DNA of 64,000 bases from contig CAZSRA010000001.1 of NCBI GenBank assembly GCA_964609585.1, forward strand, positions 156,697-220,696, given 5' to 3'. Positions 39,099-46,813 of the stretch are shown one piece after another. Made by a program: the position numbers and the translations under genes. The notes beneath the pieces are model-generated. The model was not told the DNA's origin. It made no database searches and worked only from the letters and a program-made list of their open reading frames with translations. Numbering within the stretch: the stretch's first letter is position 1; every line of letters starts with the position of its first letter. This DNA is from an uncultured Candidatus Saccharimonadales bacterium. GTDB taxonomy: Bacteria > Patescibacteriota > Saccharimonadia > UBA4664.

Positions 39099-39482
39099 TT
39101 AACTGGTAGCGGCGAGAGTTTCTTTGACGGAATTGACAACGTCTTCGAGCGTTACCTGGGACTTGATCAAATATTTATTGGCGCCGAGGCTTTCACCGCG
39201 TTGGCGGTCGGATTCCTGGCTGAGGGCAGTCATCATGATGACTTTGGTTTCTTTGGTCTCGGGAGTGGAGCGCAAGATGTCGAGTACGTCAAAACCAGAG
39301 ATTTTTGGCATCATGACGTCGAGGACGATAAGATCCGGGCGCTCACGGACAGCAGTCGCTAGAGCTTCTTCGCCATCGGATGCGGTAATGACTTCGTAGG
39401 ATTCGGCGGCGAATCGGGCGGAGTAAATTTCGCGTAAGTTTACGTCGTCTTCGACTAGAAGGATTTTTGCCATTGAGAGCAT
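39099..39482 (-). CDS. Single-domain (receiver-only) response regulator, paralog of 2284-2685
   Basis: KILLVEDD...LIVLDVMMP...K; no output domain. Confidence 0.8.
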   Translation of the reverse strand: MLSMAKILLVEDDVNLREIYSARFAAESYEVITASDGEEALATAVRERPDLIVLDVMMPKISGFDVLDILRSTPETKETKVIMMTALSQESDRQRGESLGANKYLIKSQVTLEDVVNSVKETLAATS

Positions 39483-39529
39483 TTTATCTTAAGCGCATTG
39501 CGGTTGGCAAGGGCTTTAAGTGCGGAATG

Positions 39530-41371
39530 TTAATTAATGCGTCGTGAGCCACTCGTTTTAACAGGTCTGAGGCCAGGTTTTACGAGGACGGTAGCCGTAA
39601 TGGGTGTGCCATCGGCGTTTATGGCTGGGCCAATGGTATCAAGTGCGGTGGGAGTTGAGATGGACCCCGGAGATGCGGCAGCGGCAGGTGCGGCCGCTTG
39701 GGCTTGTTGCATTTTTTCGACTTCGGTTTGGGGCAACCGGGGTAGAGTGAATTTAAAGGTACTCCCCTGCCCCGGTTTTGATTCGACCCAGATCCGACCG
39801 TTGAATGACTCGATGAGTTGGCGGCACAGATACAGACCAAGGCCGGTGCCTCCGATGGTGCGCGTGGCTGAGTTGTCGATACGGTAGAATTTTTGGAAAA
39901 GGTGGACAGCGTCTTCGGGTGCAATGCCAACGCCGGAGTCGCTAATGCCGACGGTCACTTCTTTCTCATTGCCCTCTAGGATGGCTTTGACGCCGCCTTC
40001 GGGCGTGAATTTAATGGCGTTGTCGATGAGGTTGGTGATGACCTCGCGCAGACGTTCGGGGTTGGCGGCCACGTAGTATAGGGGCGCAATAGCTTTGCCA
40101 GATTGGCCGCCGATCTGATAGACGAGGGTGAGGCCTTTTTTCTGAACGGTAAATTGCATGTCGTCGATGGCGCTTTCTAAGAGTTTGCCGAGGTTTACGG
40201 CTTCGGTGCGACCGCCCAGGTGGCCTTCTTCGGCTTTGGTAACGGAAAGGAGGTCGCGGAAGAGTTCGCCGAGATGGCCAATGGTGTCGTGGGCTTTGGT
40301 GAGGTATTTCATAGCGCGGTCGTCGATGGTGGCCACGTTGGCGTTCATCGCGAGCGATATATAGCCTTCAATGGCTGCGACGGGGGTGCGCATTTCGTGG
40401 CTGGCGGTGCTCACAAATTCATCTTTTTGGCGTTCCACTTCTTTTTCGCGGGAGATGTCGCGGAAGAGGGCGATGGCGCCACTAGGCTGACCAGAAGCAT
40501 CGAAAATAGGTGAAATGGAGAGGTTGAGCTGGACTTTGTGACCACCTCGAGTGGTCATTACAAGATCGTCCCGCACGACTTCGGATTGCTTTTTCCAAGC
40601 TTCAGCAAAGGGGTCGTTGAGATCGGTGAGAGCTTGGTCTTCGGCGGTTTTGAGTTGAAGGACGAGGTTGTAATCGATGCTTTGAGCGCTGGTCTGATCC
40701 CAGCCGGTGAGCTCCTGGGCGGCTTTGTTGAAGAGCTGGATGCGCCTCATGCTATCAACTACCATGACCCCTTCACCGATGCTCGACATGATGGCATCGG
40801 CCTTGAGCTGCTCGGTGCTGAGCTGGCCGGAGAGGTTTTCGAGCTTGGTGGTGGCGGCATTGGCTCTACGACCACGCAGGTGAATCCAAAGAGCGAGGCC
40901 GGCGGTAGCTAGGGTGATGCCGAGCTGTACGAAGTGGTCGTTCATGTACGGGGCATGGAGCCCTTTGATTATGAAGCTGGCGAGGTAATATACGAGCGTT
41001 AGGCTCATTACGACGATAATTTCGGTCAGACCAAAAAGCCCGGCGATAACGATGGCGAGTAGCCAAAATGAGTAAAATGGTGAATCGAGGCCGCCGGTGG
41101 CGGTGATGATAAGGACGAGATTAATAGCCGTAATGATGCTCAGTACAAGAGTGGAGAGTGCGAGGTGCCTATGCCTGAGTACGAGATGAAGGGTAACAAA
41201 GTAAACAGCGGCGATGGCGCCTAGAATGGCAGCGGCGAGGGACAAACTAGTGTCGAGCAGAAGATTTGGAGCTAGGGCGTAAAAAGCGAAAACAGCAATA
41301 GCAATAGCGCCGCCGATGGCGGCTTCAAGACGGGCTAGTATGATGAGACTGCGGGTCCTTTGATCTAGCAT
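39530..41371 (-). CDS. Sensor histidine kinase (multi-TM, PAS, HisKA, HATPase_c)
   Basis: About 6 TM helices; H-box STASHEMRTP; G-box GLGLYLCRQL; Pro/Ala-rich C-terminal tail. Confidence 0.85.
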   Translation of the reverse strand: MLDQRTRSLIILARLEAAIGGAIAIAVFAFYALAPNLLLDTSLSLAAAILGAIAAVYFVTLHLVLRHRHLALSTLVLSIITAINLVLIITATGGLDSPFYSFWLLAIVIAGLFGLTEIIVVMSLTLVYYLASFIIKGLHAPYMNDHFVQLGITLATAGLALWIHLRGRRANAATTKLENLSGQLSTEQLKADAIMSSIGEGVMVVDSMRRIQLFNKAAQELTGWDQTSAQSIDYNLVLQLKTAEDQALTDLNDPFAEAWKKQSEVVRDDLVMTTRGGHKVQLNLSISPIFDASGQPSGAIALFRDISREKEVERQKDEFVSTASHEMRTPVAAIEGYISLAMNANVATIDDRAMKYLTKAHDTIGHLGELFRDLLSVTKAEEGHLGGRTEAVNLGKLLESAIDDMQFTVQKKGLTLVYQIGGQSGKAIAPLYYVAANPERLREVITNLIDNAIKFTPEGGVKAILEGNEKEVTVGISDSGVGIAPEDAVHLFQKFYRIDNSATRTIGGTGLGLYLCRQLIESFNGRIWVESKPGQGSTFKFTLPRLPQTEVEKMQQAQAAAPAAAASPGSISTPTALDTIGPAINADGTPITATVLVKPGLRPVKTSGSRRIN

Positions 41372-41538
41372 GAGCTCACTTTGCTTGGATATCTCGACAA
41401 CATTATGCTTGTGGTTAGATTATGCTCGTTTGGGGAGTTTGGCGCAAGTTTTGAGTAAGATCGGATTAGGGGCCGATACGAGGGTTTGTACGTGGACAAA
41501 AGGCTCTATTTCTGCTATATTCGTATAGTTTTAGACGT

Positions 41539-41614
41539 GGTCCTGTCGTCTAGTGGTTAGGACATCCCCCTCTCACGGGGAAGATCAGGGGTTCGAATCC
41601 CCTCAGGACTACCA
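41539..41614 (+). tRNA. tRNA-Glu (anticodon CUC), CCA encoded
   Basis: 76-nt cloverleaf with 7-bp acceptor GGTCCTG/CAGGACT, anticodon loop CTCTCAC and T-loop GGGGTTCGAATCCCC. Confidence 0.85.
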
Positions 41615-41655
41615 TAAGTTGCTCTTTAGAACCGTAATCAGTAAAAAATTGCGGG

Positions 41656-42263
41656 TTACCCAAAACAAGGCTTTCGGCCTTGTTTTTTGGTTGCACAATG
41701 AAGTGGTTGGCGAGCGTTTTTATGGCGCGGTATGGTTCGGCCGTCCACTTCTTCGAGCGTGTTGTGGTAGCCGATGGCTGCCCTGTTAACGGTACCGCCT
41801 GACTTGGCTTTTTGGATCATGCCTTTGGCGACTTCGTTGGCTAGGTTGCCGGAATGGAACTCGGCGATGGTAGCCATGATGCCGTGGAGGAGCTTGCCGG
41901 ACGGGGTCTCGTCAATGTTCTCGGTAGCGGATACTAGCTTGGCTCCAGCGGTATGTAAAGCCAGGTTGGTGTAAACGTCATCTTCCCTGTTGCGGGCAAG
42001 GCGGTCGATTTTGTGAACGATGACGTAATCTATGGTTTTCGCTTCTTTGAGTAAGGCGAGCATGGGCTTGGAGCTGTGGTCGGTCGGCGGAGCGGGCAGA
42101 CTCTCCCCTATCGATTAACTCGGCGGTAACTTCTGCGCCTAGGCTTTCGGCTTTACGGGTACAGGCTTCGCGCTGGGTGGGGATTGAGTAGCCTTCGGGG
42201 TCGCGGTCTTTCTCTGCTTGGCCGGGGGGTCGAAACCCGGAGATATATAACAGCTTGCTTCAT
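41656..42263 (-). pseudogene. Serine recombinase (resolvase/large serine recombinase catalytic domain), frameshifted and 3'-truncated
   Basis: ATG with AAGGAGGTG RBS gives MKQAVIYLRVSTP; the frame is lost at a G6/C6 homopolymer (42223-42228), resumes with ...DRLARNRED... in a third frame, and the ORF finally reads through the terminator hairpin. No C-terminal DNA-binding/recombinase domain remains. Confidence 0.7.
41660..41690. terminator. Bidirectional terminator hairpin downstream of the tRNA
   Basis: CCAAAACAAGGC-TTTCG-GCCTTGTTTTTTGG. Confidence 0.6.
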
Positions 42264-42372
42264 ACTGGCACCTCCTTCGTGTTAGTCCAGGAGAGGATAC
42301 CAGATGTTTGCCGAATCACGGAGGATAAAACATCATCGGCTTTCCCGGCTGTTTAGTCGTCAGAAGAGAAAT

Positions 42373-42391
42373 ATGTAATTGAAAATTACAT
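42373..42391. promoter_or_regulatory. Perfect inverted repeat upstream of the recombinase remnant (candidate recombinase binding or res subsite)
   Basis: ATGTAATT-GAA-AATTACAT. Confidence 0.3.
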
Positions 42392-42666
42392 AGAGTTGCC
42401 TGCACATTGGGGACGATAATGTGTCTGGTAAAGCTAAATCACGACAAATTACGTGACAGCGATCTAGCGGACGAAACAGCAGGTGATCTAATATTTCCAT
42501 GCCAGGAGAGAGTTAGACTAATAGGCTTTCAGCTTCATAAGTCGCTCCCTAAGTAGTATGTATATAATGGAGTTGTCGGATTTAACGGCCATAGGCTTGG
42601 GGAAAGCATTTCGGGTGATTTGAGGGCTACATCAGTTGAATAGCGAAGTGAAAATTATTCTTAACC

Positions 42667-42701
42667 AAAAAAACTGCCAGTATTTAACTGGCAGTTTTTT
42701 T
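42667..42701. terminator. Bidirectional rho-independent terminator
   Basis: AAAAAAACTGCCAG-TATTTAA-CTGGCAGTTTTTTT. Confidence 0.65.
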
Positions 42702-42711
42702 GGTTAAAGCT

Positions 42712-43023
42712 TTAGCACTCGGGAAGTTTGAGCAGGTTATTCTGATCAGTTGCATCGGGGCGAGTCTGCAAGAACTTTGTTCCGTTGGCGCTAGTGTTCA
42801 CGTAGCAGTATGCTCGAGGGCGTACTCGTTCAACGTAGGCACGTACTTCAAAACCTAGGCTCCCGTTAAGATAGCTCACAACGGTCTCTCGCGTACTAAT
42901 CACATTTTTGCTTACTCTACCATCGGGCTCATATTGCACCCATTGGTAGTGGGTTGCTGCCTCGTGGGGGTTAGAATGGTTCCCGTTATCTTTTCGAATA
43001 CCAACTATTTCAATTTCTGCCAT
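42712..43023 (-). CDS. Small hypothetical protein (103 aa), second gene of a two-gene island operon
   Basis: ORF immediately followed by a terminator; no recognisable catalytic motif. Confidence 0.45.
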   Translation of the reverse strand: MAEIEIVGIRKDNGNHSNPHEAATHYQWVQYEPDGRVSKNVISTRETVVSYLNGSLGFEVRAYVERVRPRAYCYVNTSANGTKFLQTRPDATDQNNLLKLPEC

Positions 43024-43181
43024 TGCAAATCCTTCAGATATGTTACATTGTAATTATTATCCAAATCTGCTACTGTAGCAGGTGATCCGGAAATTCGGCT
43101 GCCAGGCCATTGTTTTCGGTTTAAAGAGTCTCGGTAGCGAAACCTGTCGAGCCTCTTTTTATTTGCCTACATTCCGCCCTC

Positions 43182-43649
43182 CTAAAATGGTATGTCACCC
43201 AAGTTTATTTTTCCCTCGTCCTCACTTGTGTTGTCGGTGTCCGTTGTATCTGGTTCTTTTGTGAATTCTTTCTCTTTGAGCTGGATTACGTAAGCATCAC
43301 CCTCAGAGTTAATTCCTAATATGCGTAGCGGTACTTTCTCAAAATTGTCGTACCTGCCACTGTACTTCGATGTATCAATATTCTTGATATCAAAAAACGA
43401 ATTCGCCACGATAACACCGCCTTGGGTATCGTTCGGAATTCGTACCTTTAAACCATATTTTGCATCCGCGAGAGTGAAATGAAGCGCAATTTTTTGATTT
43501 TCTCTGTCATACAAGAGAATGGCCTTGTGCTGGCTGGTGATATTTTGTTTTCCGATGAACGCACGGGGCAAGCCGAATGCCTTATTCTCGGTGATTGAGA
43601 TATATTCTTTGGTCCTAACCCCAACGTCTTTAAATATCTCGAAAGGCAC
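43182..43649 (-). CDS. Hypothetical protein with acidic disordered C-terminal tail ending DIPF (SSB-C-terminus-like)
   Basis: C-terminus EPDTTDTDNTSEDEGKINLGDIPF; N-terminal two-thirds is beta-rich and of unknown fold. Confidence 0.45.
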   Translation of the reverse strand: MPFEIFKDVGVRTKEYISITENKAFGLPRAFIGKQNITSQHKAILLYDRENQKIALHFTLADAKYGLKVRIPNDTQGGVIVANSFFDIKNIDTSKYSGRYDNFEKVPLRILGINSEGDAYVIQLKEKEFTKEPDTTDTDNTSEDEGKINLGDIPF

Positions 43650-44329
43650 TTTTTCTACTCCGACTCCGAATGATTTTATTGATATTGTTATCGTATTCCC
43701 CTTGCTCTCTTAATGCAATACCTCCCCTTGTGAACTCTTATTCTCACTCTTTGTGGTGTAAATGGGCTGCCGGGTTTGAACATTTAGATGGTAGTAGATA
43801 CAAAAAACCAAAGATCTAGCCCCATAGTTCTTATGGCTTAGTAAATTACTTGTATTTTTCCTGCTAATAAATATCTCCTTGTAATATTGATATTGTCACG
43901 TTGTTTCTCTTTAAATACGCAGCGAGCTGTTCTTTGTGTGGCTAAACACAATATGCGGCTATAGTCTGCTTCGGCTAAGACTGTCGTATGGCCACTGACT
44001 GAGTAGACATATATGTTCAATCGTTCTGAAGCCGACAGAACAGGACTACCAAAGGATTTATTTGAGTGTGCTCCCGGAAAAGTCGGCAAGAAAGATGCTG
44101 GCTTTTTGGCTCTAGCCAAATACCAGCAAGGGCGAATATGAACATCACAAAAGCGAGGACGGTATTATAATTCATGGCCTCAGCGCGTCAAAACCCTTGC
44201 TATAGCATATATGTACAACTGATATCATGTATGAAAGTTTTGTGTGCGCGGGAATTTGCACTTGTTGTCACGCCAGGGGGATGCTTGTGCATACCAATTT
44301 GGGGCGGCATGGGACGGTTTTATCCGAGC

Positions 44330-44338
44330 TGATATAAT
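44330..44338 (+). promoter_or_regulatory. Extended -10 promoter element (TGaTATAAT) for the 44388 gene
   Basis: TGATATAAT lies about 50 nt upstream of the ATG; AGGAG RBS at 44378. Confidence 0.45.
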
Positions 44339-44387
44339 GGCTCATTAACGCGTACTCTCTGTCGTATCACTGAGGATAGGAGCTACA

Positions 44388-44987
44388 ATGCTTGATTGGA
44401 TCATCACCATTATTAAATGGCTGGGTGTTGATTGGACCGCCTTAATCACAACTGTATCTGGCGCAATAGTGGCCTTGGCTACCGCCGGTGGTGTCGTGGC
44501 GGCATGGGTTGGGCTGGACACATGGAAGAAGCAGCTTCGTGGGACTACGGAGTACGAATTGGCAAAACGGGTACTCATGAGTGTTTATGGGGTTCGTGAC
44601 AGCATGAGAGCTGTAAGGGATCCCTTTATATCTCCAGGGGAGGCCGACGATGCTGCCGAGGGGGACTGGGAGCTCTCGGCGTATCAAAACCGTTGGGGTA
44701 AGTTTGTCGAGGTTGCCAGAGAATTGGACGTTGGACTGCTTGAGGCTGAGGTCGTTTGGGAGAATAATCCTCTCAGGGGCTATCGAGCCGAGTTGAACAA
44801 GCCGATTGCCGGACTTGTGATCGCCATAAGGCACCTTACTCAGGATAAAAGAACGCTACGCTCAACTTTATTTTCCGAGAAAGACGAGAAAGTATTGTAT
44901 GCCGAAGGGGATGATGACTTCGACAAAGAATTAACCAGGATTGTTGGTAAATTTGAGGATTTCATACGACCTCATTTGAAGAAGTGA
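44388..44987 (+). CDS. Hypothetical membrane-anchored protein (N-terminal TM, cytoplasmic acidic domain)
   Basis: Hydrophobic N-terminal helix; no known motif. Confidence 0.45.
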   Translation: MLDWIITIIKWLGVDWTALITTVSGAIVALATAGGVVAAWVGLDTWKKQLRGTTEYELAKRVLMSVYGVRDSMRAVRDPFISPGEADDAAEGDWELSAYQNRWGKFVEVARELDVGLLEAEVVWENNPLRGYRAELNKPIAGLVIAIRHLTQDKRTLRSTLFSEKDEKVLYAEGDDDFDKELTRIVGKFEDFIRPHLKK

Positions 44988-45227
44988 GGTTGATGGTGGC
45001 ATTTATTTTGCATCATGTCGTGCTGGTGGTGATGTTGACTCAAAGTGTAGTGAGATGATTCCCTAGACTCTCTGGAGCTTAAGTCACCTTATTTTTGTAA
45101 TTATCTTTACGGTTATGATAAGGCGTAGCTATTTATTTGTATTTTAATGATAATTATGTTATAGTGTTCTAATCGTTGATCTCGAGATTTTTTGAGACGA
45201 CGACGCGATCTTGACTATCACAGCTAT

Positions 45228-45246
45228 TGAGCGTGATGAACGCTCA
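45228..45246. promoter_or_regulatory. Palindrome overlapping the putative promoter of the cold-shock-domain gene
   Basis: TGAGCG-TGATGAA-CGCTCA located between TTGACT and the GAGGAGG RBS. Confidence 0.3.
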
Positions 45247-45260
45247 GTGAGGAGGCCGTA

Positions 45261-45914
45261 ATGGCTGGTACCGCACGCCCCCGTTCCGCTGGCCAGTCGG
45301 GCGGCCAGAGTACGGTACGGGTGGTCTTCGTGAGGGTGGTTGGGTACTTCTCCGACCGCGGCTTCGGCTTTGCCGAGATCATCGGCGAAACCAGTGGACC
45401 CACAAAGGTCTTCTTCCGCATCGAGAAGCTCTGCATCGTGACCGGCTCCTATGAGGAGCCGAAGTTCGCCGACCCTCACCCGAACCCGGCGGAGATCAAC
45501 CCGCTCCAGATCGAGGCCGGAAGGCAAGTCGTGATGGAGGTGGAATCTACCACTAAGGGCCTGCGGGCACGGCGTTGGGGAATAGCCCCTGTGTTCTCGC
45601 CGATCACCCAGCTTATTCGCGAGAAGGTGCTGGACGGCTTCATCGGTGGGCATGTGGGCATATACCAGAACGGCAGGCGGTTCGTGGCGTACCCCAAGGG
45701 GACATTCACGGGCTATGAGCTCACCGAAAGTGAGCTTACCGTGTACTTCACCTGGGAGGACTTCGGTGACTCGGTCCTGGAGGGTTACCAGGATCACCGG
45801 CAGTACTACTTCACTGGGCCCGCCTGGCGACTCGGCTTTGGGGGACTGCTCGAACTCCATCCCTCGGACCACTCCGATGAGCTGATCATGTTCTGGCCTC
45901 CGGACCAGAAGTGA
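45261..45914 (+). CDS. Cold-shock-domain (CSD) fusion protein with unknown C-terminal domain (high-GC ORF)
   Basis: VRVVGYFSDRGFGFAEIIGETSGPTKVFF matches the CspA RNP1/RNP2 pattern; about 150 further aa of unknown function. Confidence 0.5.
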   Translation: MAGTARPRSAGQSGGQSTVRVVFVRVVGYFSDRGFGFAEIIGETSGPTKVFFRIEKLCIVTGSYEEPKFADPHPNPAEINPLQIEAGRQVVMEVESTTKGLRARRWGIAPVFSPITQLIREKVLDGFIGGHVGIYQNGRRFVAYPKGTFTGYELTESELTVYFTWEDFGDSVLEGYQDHRQYYFTGPAWRLGFGGLLELHPSDHSDELIMFWPPDQK

Positions 45915-45923
45915 GCTCGCGAC

Positions 45924-45975
45924 GCCGGAGCCCCGGAGATTGGCGCGCATTACGCGCGTCCTCTGGGGCTCCGGC
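45924..45975 (+). terminator. Long nested GC-rich hairpin downstream of the CSD gene
   Basis: GCCGGAGCCCCGGAG ... CTCTGGGGCTCCGGC enclosing GCGCGCATTACGCGCG. Confidence 0.45.
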
Positions 45976-46222
45976 CTCAGACTAAGTTCTCAACTATGTT
46001 GAGAGTTTAGAATGAGTTGATGGATTTGGGCTGGATCTCTTACGATGCGCAGTTGTAACAAGTTAGCAGTCTCTATACTCAAGAACTTAACTTGCTTTAT
46101 AACAAATTTAGTGTTATTACTATATATAGTTCTTTTACATCGTTAGTGGGGAGCTAGTTGTTTGTCTTGGGTTGGTGAAGATTGACAGTTAGCTCTACAA
46201 GCTGCCGCGGAGAGAAGGCGTC

Positions 46223-46735
46223 ATGTTAGATGGCAGCCAAAACCCCAGGAGGTTTTCAGTGAGCACCGAACTGCACTTCGATCCGGACAACTTTCCGCCT
46301 GAGCTCTTGCCGTTCGCAGAGTTGCGTGACGGTTTCCTGTGCTACGTGAGACAGGATGTTCTGATCGAGGTTCCCGAGGGCTTCGCTGGCGCAACGCTCA
46401 TTCACGTCATCCTCACCCAAGACGTCAACTCTGATCTCGGTGAGGGCATCGTCAAGCAGGGCGGCGCTACTGCGACCGTGAAGGTCGCGACCTGCAAGAT
46501 CCACGAGACGACCATCATCGTGGGGGTACCGGATCTCGATCAGGCGAATGCGCTCCTTCGGGACGTCGTGGCTGGTACCGTCGACTTCACGACGACGATC
46601 CGACCGCGGCCGGAGGAGACTGGAGCGTCAACTGCGGCGGGCCGGCTGGCAGAATATCTGGGCTGGGTCGAACACGACACTCAAAAGGCCGCTGCACTGC
46701 TCGGCGAGGGTCTGAGGCGTCTGTTCGGCAAGTAA
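46223..46735 (+). CDS. Hypothetical protein (high-GC ORF)
   Basis: ORF with a GAGAGAAGG RBS; no known motif. Confidence 0.4.
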   Translation: MLDGSQNPRRFSVSTELHFDPDNFPPELLPFAELRDGFLCYVRQDVLIEVPEGFAGATLIHVILTQDVNSDLGEGIVKQGGATATVKVATCKIHETTIIVGVPDLDQANALLRDVVAGTVDFTTTIRPRPEETGASTAAGRLAEYLGWVEHDTQKAAALLGEGLRRLFGK

Positions 46736-46813
46736 CGGGGAGCATCATGGGCGGGTGGCCTGGGCGAGAAATCGCCCGGGTCACTCGCCCGCTTCCTGTT
46801 TTAGGGATCGGAA

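Noticed and set aside
41537-41614. Alternative tRNA boundary starting at 41537 (GTGGTCC acceptor)
   Set aside because: It would insert two extra nucleotides before the D-stem and leave an incomplete CCA. The 41539 start gives a canonical 76-nt cloverleaf.
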